DNA from: an uncultured Clostridia bacterium
Lineage (GTDB): Bacteria; Bacillota; Clostridia; Christensenellales; CAG-917
Direction of reading: 5' to 3'
NCBI GenBank assembly: GCA_944360115.1
Contig: CALVTH010000001.1
Span: 6,579 to 70,578 of the forward strand
Length of the DNA stretch: 64,000 bases
In this document: positions 9,272 to 17,902 of the stretch, in pieces
Position numbering within the stretch: the first letter of the stretch is position 1
Layout: each line of letters starts with the position of its first letter
Notes under the pieces: model-generated
What the model was told of the DNA's origin: nothing
Databases searched by the model: none
Seen by the model: only the letters and a program-made list of their open reading frames with translations
Made by a program: the position numbers and the translations under genes

Positions 9272-10159
9272 ATGTTCGACGGGCTGGTCACGGGAATTAT
9301 GGCGGACGCCGTGTGCGCCGCGGCGGCGGAGGAAGAGGTCACCGAACTGCGTATGCGCGTGGGGCGGGCTCTCGTCGTGCGCACGGCGGGTGAGCGTATC
9401 GTCGCGCGTATGCCGTCGGGGTATCCCTACATAGTCACCGAGGACGACATAGAAAGGCTGCTTGCCGCGGCTTCGGACTATTCGGTGTATGCGGTCAGCG
9501 ACAGTCTGGTGCGGGGGTATCTCTCGAAACGGGGCATACGCATAGGCGTTGCGGGCGAAGGGGTGACGGACGGCGGGGATGTGCTGAATATGAAGCATAT
9601 CCGTTTCGTCACCGTGCGTATTCCCCGACAGATAAAGGGGGTCGCCGACGGTCTCAAAGGGCGGATTTTCGGCGGGGACGAGGTGTGCAACACACTCGTC
9701 ATATCGCCGCCCGCGGGGGGCAAGACGACATTGCTGCGCGAACTGGCGCGACTGGCGTCGGAGAGCAGAGAGACTCTCGTCATCGACGAGCGCGGCGAAA
9801 TAGCGGCGGCGGCGGACGGTGTGCCCACCTTCGACATTGGCGACTGCGATGTGGTGACGGGCGTGCCCAAGGGCATTGCCTACGAAAACACCATTCGCGC
9901 GATGAACCCCGAGGTCATCGTCACCGACGAACTTTTCGGCGCGCGGGACGCGGACGCTATGTGCGACATAGTGCGCAGCGGCGTCAAGGTGTTCGCTTCG
10001 TTGCACGGCAAGGGGGTGGAGAGCGTTTTCCGTTCGTCGGCGCTTTGCAGGCTGAAAGAGATTGCCGAACTTTACATCGTGTTATCGGCGCGCCCGCGGG
10101 CGGGCACCGTCGTCGGGGTATACACGGCGGAGCAGGCGGAGAAGTTGTATGGGGGCTGA
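9272..10159 (+). CDS. spoIIIAA: Stage III sporulation protein AA (ATPase)
   Basis: It has Walker A 'SPPAGGKTTLLRELA' and 'VIVTDELF', and is the first gene of an eight-gene spoIIIA-type cluster. ATG 9272 was chosen within ORF 9194..10159. Confidence 0.85.
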   Translation: MFDGLVTGIMADAVCAAAAEEEVTELRMRVGRALVVRTAGERIVARMPSGYPYIVTEDDIERLLAAASDYSVYAVSDSLVRGYLSKRGIRIGVAGEGVTDGGDVLNMKHIRFVTVRIPRQIKGVADGLKGRIFGGDEVCNTLVISPPAGGKTTLLRELARLASESRETLVIDERGEIAAAADGVPTFDIGDCDVVTGVPKGIAYENTIRAMNPEVIVTDELFGARDADAMCDIVRSGVKVFASLHGKGVESVFRSSALCRLKEIAELYIVLSARPRAGTVVGVYTAEQAEKLYGG

Positions 10160-10661
10160 TTTCGCGCGGCTGATTGCGGGCGGGTTGCTCGCGCTCATCT
10201 GCTGTTACGGCGGGTTGCTGGTCAAGCGGCATTACGCCGAGCGGGAGAGATTCTACCGCGACGCGGAGGCCTTTGCCGCGCGCCTCAAAAGCGAGATTGC
10301 CTCGCGCAAGACGCCGCTTCCCGCAATCATATCCGAGTTCTGCGAGGGCAGGAAGGGGGAGTTCGCGCGGCGGGTGTCGGCGTTCGGCGAAAAGTTGCGC
10401 GGGGGTGCGGCGCAGGACGGGGCGGCTAAAGAGGAAGCCGAGGAAACGCACCTCAGAAAGGACGAGAAAAAGCAGTTCGCCGATTTTCTCGCGGCTCTTG
10501 GCAAGACCGCGCTTCGGGAACAGATTGCCGAGATTGCGCGCGCGGAGGGGGAATTCGCCGCAAAGCGCGCGTCGTGCGCCGAGGAGAGCAAGCGGCTGGG
10601 CGGAATGTATTTCAAGCTCGCCGTGCTTGTCGGAATCGCGCTCATAGTTATGCTCGCCTGA
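10149..10661 (+). CDS. spoIIIAB: Stage III sporulation protein AB
   Basis: It has TM helices at the N- and C-termini, the expected size and the expected operon position. Its start overlaps the spoIIIAA end. Confidence 0.75.
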   Translation: MGADFARLIAGGLLALICCYGGLLVKRHYAERERFYRDAEAFAARLKSEIASRKTPLPAIISEFCEGRKGEFARRVSAFGEKLRGGAAQDGAAKEEAEETHLRKDEKKQFADFLAALGKTALREQIAEIARAEGEFAAKRASCAEESKRLGGMYFKLAVLVGIALIVMLA

Positions 10662-10665
10662 GGAG

Positions 10666-10863
10666 GTGAACGGTACGGATATAATCTTGAAAATCGCCGG
10701 AATAGGTTTGCTGACGGCTATCGTGTGCGTCATTCTCAAGCGCAGCGACCGCGACGACATCGCACAGTTCGCCACGCTCGCAGGACTCATCGTCGTCATC
10801 GTGCTCGTCATCGATATGGTGAGCGGGCTTTTCGACACTATCAAGGATTTGCTGTCGCTGTAG
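10666..10863 (+). CDS. spoIIIAC: Stage III sporulation protein AC
   Basis: The 65-aa two-TM protein contains 'ILKIAGIGLLTAIVCVILK'. It uses a GTG start and sits third in the operon. Confidence 0.8.
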   Translation: MNGTDIILKIAGIGLLTAIVCVILKRSDRDDIAQFATLAGLIVVIVLVIDMVSGLFDTIKDLLSL

Positions 10864-10864
10864 C

Positions 10865-11257
10865 ATGATACTCGCCAAACTCATCGGAATAGCCCTCGTC
10901 GGAGTGGTCGCCGTGTCGCTGCTCAAGACGACGAAGTCGGAATTCGCCGTCTTTGCCGTCATAGCCACGGGCGTGGTCATGCTGGTGACGATGATGGGCG
11001 CGCTCCGCGATGTGCTGTTGTCCTTCGACGAACTGGTGAGGAAGAGCGGAGTGGACGACGCCGTGTTTTCCGCCGTCCTTAAAATCATAGGCGTGGGGTA
11101 TCTCACGGAATACAGCGCGTCGATTGCCGAGGACGCGGGGTGCGCTTCCATTGCGCGCAAACTGCAATTCGGCGGCAAAGTGGTGATTTTCCTTATGAGC
11201 ATATCAATCGTCACCGCGCTCGTCGATGTGGTGGGAGGTCTGGCGGATGCTCTGTGA
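10865..11257 (+). CDS. spoIIIAD: Stage III sporulation protein AD
   Basis: The 130-aa membrane protein contains 'IGVGYLTEYSASIAEDAG' and 'FGGKVVIF'. Its operon position fits. Confidence 0.82.
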   Translation: MILAKLIGIALVGVVAVSLLKTTKSEFAVFAVIATGVVMLVTMMGALRDVLLSFDELVRKSGVDDAVFSAVLKIIGVGYLTEYSASIAEDAGCASIARKLQFGGKVVIFLMSISIVTALVDVVGGLADAL

Positions 11258-12536
11258 TCTTGCGGGTGTCGGCTTTGCGCCCGAGGGCGGGCGCAAAGCG
11301 GCGACGGGAAGCAAAAGGCGGCTGAAAATGCTGCTGAAAGCGGCGTTGTGGGCGGCGGGGTTGCTCGTGCTCGCGCTGGCTTTGTCCGCGGTGTTCGGCG
11401 GGGGCGTGGCGTATGCGGACGACGGAGCGACCGCCGAAGAGATAGAGAAAGAACTCGCCGACGGAGTGGATTCGGCGATAGAGCGGCTCGACCTCGATTT
11501 ATTCCGCGATTTTCTGGAGTCGCTCGGCGACGACGAGCGGGAAGCCCTCGGCGGCGACGGTCTGGACGCCATGCTCAAAGCGTTCACGGAGGGGAGCGCG
11601 GGCGACTTTTTCGGCAGGTTCACGGCGGCGGCGGGAGATATGCTCGCCGACAGCCTGCTCGGATTTCTGCCGTCCTTCGTCACGGTGATTGTCGTGTGTC
11701 TGCTCAAAAGCATGCTGACGGGTCTGACATCGGGCTTTCCCAACCGCTCCACGGACAATGTGGTGCACATCGTGTGCTATTCCGTCGTCGTGGTGGTGCT
11801 GCTGACGGGCGCGGTGAAGATAATCGGCACGGTGACGGAGACCGTGGAAGCGTTGTCGTCCTTTTCGGAAGCCGTCTTTCCCGTGTTGCTCACCCTGCTT
11901 GCGGCGGTGGGCGGGACGAGCGGCGCGGCGGTGTATCAGCCCTTTATGGGCGTGCTGTCGGGGACGGTGATAGCCGTAATCGGCACGGTGATCGTGCCCG
12001 CGTTCGTGGCGACGATAGTCTTTTCCGTCGTCGGCAACATCTCCGAGAATGTGCGACTGAGCAAACTGTCCAAACTGTTCAAGTCCGGGGCGGGGTGGTT
12101 CATCGGCATTGTGTTCGGATTGTACGGGGCGTTTCTCACCGCGCAGGGCATAACGGGCGGCGTGATAGACAGGCTGAGTTTCAACGCCGCAAAATTCGCC
12201 GTGTCGAGTTATGTGCCCATACTCGGCGGTTATCTATCCGACGGCTTCGATTTGCTGACGGCTTCGCTGGTGCTGGTCAAGAACGCCGTGGGCGCGACGG
12301 GAGTCGTCGTGTTGCTTGCCGTAGTGCTGTATCCGTTGTTGCAGGTCGCCGTTTTCACGCTGGGACTGCGGCTGACGGCGGCGGTGACCGAGCCGCTCGG
12401 CGACAAACGCGTGTCGGGAATGACGGCTTCGCTCGCCGACTCGATGTCCCTTCTTGTGACCGCGCTTGCGGGGGTGGGGTTTATGTTTTTCGTACTGCTT
12501 ATGTTGATTATAGGCAGCTTCAATCCGGGGGTGTGA
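11247..12536 (+). CDS. spoIIIAE: Stage III sporulation protein AE
   Basis: This is a large polytopic membrane protein. GGAGG lies 8 nt upstream of ATG 11247. A later start at ATG 11328, before the signal-like 'MLLKAALWAAGLLVLALAL', is also possible. Confidence 0.8.
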   Translation: MLCDLAGVGFAPEGGRKAATGSKRRLKMLLKAALWAAGLLVLALALSAVFGGGVAYADDGATAEEIEKELADGVDSAIERLDLDLFRDFLESLGDDEREALGGDGLDAMLKAFTEGSAGDFFGRFTAAAGDMLADSLLGFLPSFVTVIVVCLLKSMLTGLTSGFPNRSTDNVVHIVCYSVVVVVLLTGAVKIIGTVTETVEALSSFSEAVFPVLLTLLAAVGGTSGAAVYQPFMGVLSGTVIAVIGTVIVPAFVATIVFSVVGNISENVRLSKLSKLFKSGAGWFIGIVFGLYGAFLTAQGITGGVIDRLSFNAAKFAVSSYVPILGGYLSDGFDLLTASLVLVKNAVGATGVVVLLAVVLYPLLQVAVFTLGLRLTAAVTEPLGDKRVSGMTASLADSMSLLVTALAGVGFMFFVLLMLIIGSFNPGV

Positions 12537-12537
12537 A

Positions 12538-13035
12538 ATGGGCGCGTGGATACTGGGCATAACGGGCGTTGTGTGTCTCGGGGTGCTGATAGAAATCCTG
12601 CTCCCCGACGGGCAGGCGGGCAAGTATGTGAAAGGGGCGTTTTCGTTGCTTGTGGTGTTCGCCGTCGCAGCGCCGTTGCCGTCCGTCGTGAAGCAGCTCA
12701 GAGAATGGAGCCCCGAGTCGTCGGGCATTGTCGCCGACAGCGGATTTCTTGCCGTCACGGCGGGGGAATACGGCGACGCGCACGCCGCCCGCGTGCGTGA
12801 CGCGCTCGCCGCCGAAGGCTACGAAGCCGATGTTAAAGTTGTCGTTTCGTCGGATAAAATGTCAGATATTGTAAAATGCAACATCGTTTTGCATCTTTCG
12901 GTTCTCGAAGCGGAAGAGGAGAATACACATATAGCAAGGGTGCGCGAGGTCGCCGCCGAAAGGCTGAACGCCGACCCCGAACGCGTCGCCGTGGAGGTGA
13001 ATTATGTGAAGGAGGGGACAGGTGGAAGTCAGTGA
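12538..13035 (+). CDS. spoIIIAF: Stage III sporulation protein AF
   Basis: The N-terminus 'WILGITGVVCLGVLIEILLPDGQAGKYVKG' is typical of SpoIIIAF. The ATG lies 2 nt after the spoIIIAE stop. Confidence 0.75.
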   Translation: MGAWILGITGVVCLGVLIEILLPDGQAGKYVKGAFSLLVVFAVAAPLPSVVKQLREWSPESSGIVADSGFLAVTAGEYGDAHAARVRDALAAEGYEADVKVVVSSDKMSDIVKCNIVLHLSVLEAEEENTHIARVREVAAERLNADPERVAVEVNYVKEGTGGSQ

Positions 13036-13441
13036 CGAGAGGAAGAAAAGCGTGACGGCGAAGGTCACGGGCGCCGCTTGGTTCAGGCGGCTCAGGAGCG
13101 TAAAAAACATCCGCGTCATCGCCGTGATATTCATAATCGCCGTCGCTCTCCTCATATATTCTACCGTGGCGGCGGGCGTCCGAGAGACGACGGCGCGCGA
13201 GGATACCGAGGTCTCCTCTATGGACGAAGAAGAAACGCGACTCGCCGCCGTGCTCGGCGGTATCGAGGGCGCGGGCAGGGTGCAGACGATGATTACGCGC
13301 GACGGCGACGACCGAATCGTCGGAGTGCTCGTCATCGCCGAAGGCGCAGACGACATTACGGTTATGCTCAGACTGCTTGCCGCAACCACCACAGCCCTCG
13401 GCGTCGACAGACAAATCGTCGATGTCTACACAATGAAATAA
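13022..13441 (+). CDS. spoIIIAG: Stage III sporulation protein AG
   Basis: It has a single TM helix and a C-terminal 'LGGIEGAGRVQTMI...GVLVIAEGADD' ring-building motif region. The start is GTG, with GGAGG 6 nt upstream. Confidence 0.78.
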   Translation: MEVSDERKKSVTAKVTGAAWFRRLRSVKNIRVIAVIFIIAVALLIYSTVAAGVRETTAREDTEVSSMDEEETRLAAVLGGIEGAGRVQTMITRDGDDRIVGVLVIAEGADDITVMLRLLAATTTALGVDRQIVDVYTMK

Positions 13442-13458
13442 CCTTTCGGGAGGACAAT

Positions 13459-13944
13459 ATGAAAATAAAAGCAAGAACCAAAAAAATCATCGTTCTGTCC
13501 GTTATGGTGGCTCTCCTCGTCGCCACGGGCGTGCTCAACTGGGCGCTCAACGACAAGCTGCTCAATTCGGACCCCGGCGGCGAAGCCACGGTCACGGAAA
13601 CATTCTTCGCTTCCTACCGCAGTGACCGTGACGCCACCCGCGAGTCGGAATTCCTCTATCTCGACGCCATCATGACCTCCGAGACCAGCTCCGCGGAAGC
13701 CAAGGCGGAAGCCGAGCAACAGAAACTCGGGCTTGTGGAGCGTATGGAGACCGAACTCCGTCTCGAAGCGCTCGTCAAGGCCAAGGGCTTCGAGGACGCC
13801 ATTGTGACGATGAGCGAGGACGGCGTCAATGTTGTCGTCGGCGCGGGCGAGGTCACCGACCAACAGCGTATGCAGATATGCGACATAATTCAGACTGAGA
13901 CGACTTTCAAGGCGTCGGATGTCAAAATCATACCCTACGCCTGA
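13459..13944 (+). CDS. spoIIIAH: Stage III sporulation protein AH
   Basis: It has an N-terminal TM helix and a C-terminal 'GFEDAIVTMSEDGVNVVV' YscJ/FliF-like domain. It is the last gene of the operon. Confidence 0.75.
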   Translation: MKIKARTKKIIVLSVMVALLVATGVLNWALNDKLLNSDPGGEATVTETFFASYRSDRDATRESEFLYLDAIMTSETSSAEAKAEAEQQKLGLVERMETELRLEALVKAKGFEDAIVTMSEDGVNVVVGAGEVTDQQRMQICDIIQTETTFKASDVKIIPYA

Positions 13945-13965
13945 GAGGCAGGGGAGAGGGAAAGA

Positions 13966-13990
13966 GGGAGTGCGCGCGCACTCCCTTTTT
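13966..13990 (+). terminator. Intrinsic terminator after spoIIIAH
   Basis: The sequence gggagtgcgcgcgcactccc forms a GC palindrome hairpin and is followed by ttttt. Confidence 0.75.
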
Positions 13991-14095
13991 CTTGTGTTGC
14001 GGACGGCGGCGCGGCGCGACGACGGGTCGGTTGCGGCATTGTCGGGCATATCCGTCGTGCGCGATGACCCGTGCCGCACAAATTACTTGCGGCGC

Positions 14096-14124
14096 TTGCA
14101 CACGCGCGCGGCGTATGCTATAAT
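14096..14124 (+). promoter_or_regulatory. Sigma-A-type promoter with extended -10
   Basis: TTGCAC (14096-14101), a 17-nt spacer, then TGcTATAAT (14116-14124). The -10 ends only 6 nt before ATG 14131. Confidence 0.6.
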
Positions 14125-14130
14125 CACGCT

Positions 14131-14460
14131 ATGGCTAAAGAAAGCAAATCGGACAATATGTCGGTGTTCTCAGATGTCATTATGACTCTGGCGTCGGACG
14201 CCGCCTCGGAAATCGAGGGGGTGGAAGTGCTGCGCTCGGGCGACCAGTCCAAAAAGCCCATAAGGGGCGGCGGCGTTTCCGTGTATTTTCTCCCCAACGA
14301 CAAGGTGACGGTGGACCTTTTCGTCAACATCAATTACGGCTACCGCGTTCCCGCCGCCGTCGCCGAAGTGCAACAGAAAGTCAAGAACGAAATAGAAAGC
14401 GCGACGCGCTTCCGCGTGCACAGCGTGAATGTGCAGGTGATGAGCGTCATTTTCCCTTGA
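14131..14460 (+). CDS. Asp23/Gls24-family alkaline shock protein (YqhY-like)
   Basis: It contains 'VIMTLASDAASEIEGV' and 'VNVQVMSV'. It sits directly before nusB, like B. subtilis yqhY. Confidence 0.85.
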   Translation: MAKESKSDNMSVFSDVIMTLASDAASEIEGVEVLRSGDQSKKPIRGGGVSVYFLPNDKVTVDLFVNINYGYRVPAAVAEVQQKVKNEIESATRFRVHSVNVQVMSVIFP

Positions 14461-14463
14461 TAT

Positions 14464-14850
14464 ATGAGACGCGTCAGCAGAGAGTATGTTTTCAAACTGG
14501 TGTTCGAATACACCTTCGTCGGCGAGCGCAACGAGGATACGCTCGCTCTTTTGCTGTCCGACGCCGAGCTGGAGGACGAGGACAGAAAGTTCATCCGCGA
14601 CACCTACTACGGCGTGACGGCTTCCTTTGAAGAACTCAAAGGCAAAATCGCCGCCAAACTGGAGCGGTACACCGTGGACAGGGTGTACCGTCCCGACCTC
14701 ACGGTCATGGTCGTCGCGCTTTACGAACTTGAAAAAGGCGACACTCCCGCCCGCGTCGTTATCAACGAAGCGGTGTCTCTCGCCAAGAAATACGGCGCGG
14801 AGAAATCCGGCGCGTTCGTCAACGGCGTGCTGGCAAAATTCGTCAAGTGA
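14464..14850 (+). CDS. nusB: Transcription antitermination factor NusB
   Basis: The 128-aa product contains 'INEAVSLAKKYGAEKSGAFVNGVLAK', a typical NusB C-terminus. Confidence 0.9.
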   Translation: MRRVSREYVFKLVFEYTFVGERNEDTLALLLSDAELEDEDRKFIRDTYYGVTASFEELKGKIAAKLERYTVDRVYRPDLTVMVVALYELEKGDTPARVVINEAVSLAKKYGAEKSGAFVNGVLAKFVK

Positions 14851-14898
14851 CGCGGCGGGTCTGATTTCAAAAACGCCGTTTTATCCGTTGTAAACGCA

Positions 14899-16119
14899 AT
14901 GCAAAACCTGTTTTCCGACAAAACCATTACCGTGACTGAACTCAACGCCACAATAGGCGGGTGCTTCGAGTCGCCGCTTTTTCACGGGCTGGAGGTGTTC
15001 GGCGAGGTGTCGGGAATAAGGGTGGTCAACGGTCACGCCTACTTTACCCTGAAAGACGAAAAGGCGGAAATCGCCTGCACCTGTTTCGGCGTTGCCCGCA
15101 CCTATCGCCCCAAGGACGGCGAGAGCGTGGTGCTGCGCGGCGGGTTGGATTTCTATCAGAAAAAAGGCAAACTTTCCCTTGTCGCCAACACGATAACCCC
15201 CGTGGGTGCGGGCGCGCTGGCTCTGGCTTTCGAGCGGCTCAAAAAGCAACTCGAGGCGGAGGGACTTTTCGACGCTAAATACAAAAAGCCCGTGCCCGCC
15301 TACGCGAGCGACATTCTCGTGGTGACTTCAAAGACGGGCGCGGTCATACGAGACATCGTCACCACCGTGCGCAGGAAAAATCCGCTGGTCGACATAACCG
15401 TGCGCGATGTGAGAGTGCAGGGCGAGGGCGCGGCTCACGAGATTTCGTCCGTGCTAAAAAGGGTGGACGGACTGGGCTACGATGTCATCATCGTGGCGCG
15501 CGGCGGCGGTTCTCTCGAGGACCTCGCGCCGTTCTACGACGAGGAACTCGTCCGCACCGTATTTGCGATGAAAACCCCGGTGGTCTCCGCAATCGGACAC
15601 GAGACGGATTTTTCCCTGCTCGATTTCGTGGCGGACGCGCGCGCGGCGACGCCCACCGCGGCGGGCGAACTGGTGGCGTACGATTATTACGCGCTCGTCG
15701 ATTCGCTGAAAAGAGCGGACGAGCGTATGCTCCGTTCGGTGCGCACGATGTATTCGGGCAAGCGCAACCGCCTGCGCGCGGCGTGCATAAAGGTCAGCGC
15801 GGACGCGGCTTCGCTGTACGACAGGCGTATGAACGGGGTGCGCAGGCTTGTCGAGCGCGCCCATGCTCTCGCGGAGCAGAAGGCGCAGGCGGCGACGGGC
15901 AGAGCGGAAAAGGCCGTCGGTATGCTGGACGCCCTCAGTCCGCTCAAAATTCTCGCCCGCGGTTATTTCAGCGTGCGCGCGGCGGGAGCGACGGTGACTT
16001 CGGTGCGTTCGCTCAGGGCGGGCGACGAGATAGAGGCGCGCGGCGCGGACGGCACGGTCAGGGCGAGCGTGAAAGAAATCATTGCCGACGACGGCAGGCC
16101 GAACGGAGCGGGCGCGTGA
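14899..16119 (+). CDS. xseA: Exodeoxyribonuclease VII large subunit
   Basis: It has an N-terminal OB fold ('[19 protein letters not shown]') and '[16 protein letters not shown]'. xseB follows it. Confidence 0.9.
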   Translation: MQNLFSDKTITVTELNATIGGCFESPLFHGLEVFGEVSGIRVVNGHAYFTLKDEKAEIACTCFGVARTYRPKDGESVVLRGGLDFYQKKGKLSLVANTITPVGAGALALAFERLKKQLEAEGLFDAKYKKPVPAYASDILVVTSKTGAVIRDIVTTVRRKNPLVDITVRDVRVQGEGAAHEISSVLKRVDGLGYDVIIVARGGGSLEDLAPFYDEELVRTVFAMKTPVVSAIGHETDFSLLDFVADARAATPTAAGELVAYDYYALVDSLKRADERMLRSVRTMYSGKRNRLRAACIKVSADAASLYDRRMNGVRRLVERAHALAEQKAQAATGRAEKAVGMLDALSPLKILARGYFSVRAAGATVTSVRSLRAGDEIEARGADGTVRASVKEIIADDGRPNGAGA

Positions 16120-16144
16120 GCGCACCTTTCGGCGCGGAGGATTT

Positions 16145-16387
16145 ATGGCTGAGAAAAGCGACGGAAAAAGCGTGAAGAAGTTTGAGGAAAATCTTGCCGA
16201 ACTCGAGGCTATTGTCAGAAAACTCGAGGGCGATGTGCCCCTCGACGAGGCGGTGGCGGCGTTCGAACGCGGCATTGCGCTCAGCAAGGCGTGTATGGAC
16301 GAACTGAAAAAAGAGAAGGGCAAACTCCGACTGCTCGTCGACGACCTCAACAAGATTACGGAGGAGTTCGACATTGACGCCGAGTGA
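16145..16387 (+). CDS. xseB: Exodeoxyribonuclease VII small subunit
   Basis: The 80-aa product contains '[34 protein letters not shown]'. Confidence 0.9.
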   Translation: MAEKSDGKSVKKFEENLAELEAIVRKLEGDVPLDEAVAAFERGIALSKACMDELKKEKGKLRLLVDDLNKITEEFDIDAE

Positions 16388-17186
16388 AAGCCGGTTCGCC
16401 GCATTATTCGAAGAGCGGCTGAAAGAGACGCTGAAACGCGGCGCGACGGGCGGAGTGCTTGACGAGGCCGAATTCTACGCCTGTTTCGGCGGCGGCAAAC
16501 GCGTGCGTCCGCACCTCGTGCGTATGGGCGCTGAGGCGGCGGGCGGCGAAATGCCCCTCGACGAAGTGCTCGAACTTGCCGCGGCGGTGGAACTGGTGCA
16601 CAGTTATTCGCTGGTGCACGACGACCTCCCCGCAATGGACAACGACGATTACAGGCGCGGCAGACCCACCGTGCACAGACAATTCGGAGAGGCGAACGCC
16701 ATTCTGGCGGGAGACGCGCTGCTCACGCTTGCGGGAGTCGTGCTCGCGGAAGGGGCGGCTAAATACGGCGACAGATTCGCGCGCGCGGCAACTTTCATTA
16801 TGCGCGGCGCGTACGCAATGGCGGCGGGACAGGCAGAGGATTTGCGCGGTGCGAAAACCGAAGAGGAGTTTCTGTCGATGTACGCCCTGAAGACGGGCGC
16901 GCTCATACGCGCGGCGTTTCTTGCGGGCGCAACCGTCGCGGGCGGCAACCGCGAGTGCATGGAGAGGGCGGAAGAGTACGCCGACGCGCTCGGGCTTGCC
17001 TTCCAGCTTGCCGACGACCTTCTCGACCTCGGCGAACAGAATTCCGTGGCGGCGGTCGCGGGCGAGGGCAGAGTGCGTGAACTGCTTGCGGAGAGCACGG
17101 ACAGGGCGGTGACCGCGGCGCGCGGGCTGGCGTGCGGCGACGCGCTTGCCGATTTCGCGCTTGCGCTGGCAAGGCGAAAGAAATAA
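16374..17186 (+). CDS. ispA: Polyprenyl (farnesyl/geranylgeranyl) diphosphate synthase
   Basis: It has the first Asp-rich motif '[20 protein letters not shown]' and the second 'FQLADDLLD'. The start is TTG, with gaggag 7 nt upstream. It follows xseB, as in B. subtilis. Confidence 0.85.
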   Translation: MTPSESRFAALFEERLKETLKRGATGGVLDEAEFYACFGGGKRVRPHLVRMGAEAAGGEMPLDEVLELAAAVELVHSYSLVHDDLPAMDNDDYRRGRPTVHRQFGEANAILAGDALLTLAGVVLAEGAAKYGDRFARAATFIMRGAYAMAAGQAEDLRGAKTEEEFLSMYALKTGALIRAAFLAGATVAGGNRECMERAEEYADALGLAFQLADDLLDLGEQNSVAAVAGEGRVRELLAESTDRAVTAARGLACGDALADFALALARRKK

Positions 17187-17216
17187 CCGCGCGACAAGTC
17201 AATTTTTGTAAATCGG

Positions 17217-17245
17217 TTGCCAAAAGCAAAAGCGTTTGATATATT
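17217..17245 (+). promoter_or_regulatory. Candidate promoter for the tRNA-Cys/tRNA-Leu pair
   Basis: TTGCCA (17217-17222), a 17-nt spacer, then TATATT (17240-17245). Confidence 0.4.
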
Positions 17246-17283
17246 GTTATAGCGCAGTCGGGAGACGACCCCGAGTATGACGC

Positions 17284-17358
17284 GGCACCATAGCCAAGTG
17301 GTAAGGCAAGGGTCTGCAAAACCCTGATTCTCCGGTTCAAATCCGGATGGTGCCTCCA
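17284..17358 (+). tRNA. tRNA-Cys (anticodon GCA), CCA encoded
   Basis: Hand-folded cloverleaf: acceptor ggcacca/tggtgcc, anticodon arm agggt-ctGCAaa-accct, T arm tccgg-ttcaaat-ccgga, ending tcca. Confidence 0.9.
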
Positions 17359-17363
17359 AAAAG

Positions 17364-17390
17364 GGCGGTATCCTGTGATACCGCCTTTTT
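17364..17390 (+). terminator. Hairpin plus T-run between the two tRNAs
   Basis: ggcggtatc-ctgt-gataccgcc followed by ttttt. Confidence 0.55.
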
Positions 17391-17394
17391 GATT

Positions 17395-17480
17395 GCCGGT
17401 GTGGCGAAATGGCAGACGCATGGGACTTAAAATCCCAAGGTGGTGACACCGTGTGGGTTCGACCCCCACCACCGGCACCA
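17395..17480 (+). tRNA. tRNA-Leu (anticodon TAA), long variable arm, CCA encoded
   Basis: Acceptor gccggtg/caccggc, anticodon arm tggga-ctTAAaa-tccca, 15-nt variable arm, T arm gtggg-ttcgacc-cccac, ending acca. Confidence 0.9.
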
Positions 17481-17863
17481 GCGAGGCAAGAACGCTTTGC
17501 AAAAGATGTTCTTGCGAGCGACAGTAGGTGGACTTTGCCTGTACAAAGTCCACCGGCACCAAACCGAGGATAAGGGCGCATCTTGCGCCCTTTCTTCGTG
17601 TCGTGGACTTCGGTTACATACTACCGCGGTATGCGCCCTCGTCCCCGCACTCGTAAGGACGCAATCTGCAACCCTTCTGCTCGGTTTGGGCGCGCAGACT
17701 GCAAGTAACCCCCGCGGGATTTTCCCTGCGGGGAATTGTGTTGTTATGCGCTGTAAGGTGGCGGGGGTCGAACGGGCGGAAAAGCAAACAGTCCATAAGA
17801 ACTGTTTGCCCGCCCCGGCGTGATAGCGCGAGCAAAGAGGGAAGTGCGCGACGGATGTCAGCC
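17460..17863 (+). repeat. Copy 1 of a 404-bp direct repeat; it begins inside tRNA-Leu (last 21 nt)
   Basis: It matches 17903-18306 at an offset of 443 bp. I found one mismatch by eye (g 17854 vs a 18297). Overlapping ORF translations on both strands are identical between the copies. Confidence 0.95.
17572..17597 (+). terminator. Terminator-like hairpin downstream of tRNA-Leu (duplicated at 18015-18040)
   Basis: aagggcgca-tct-tgcgccctt followed by tcttcg, which is a weak U-tract. Confidence 0.45.
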
Positions 17864-17902
17864 CCAAGCGGAGCGTGGTAAAATCACATAGCGAGTGCGG
17901 AG

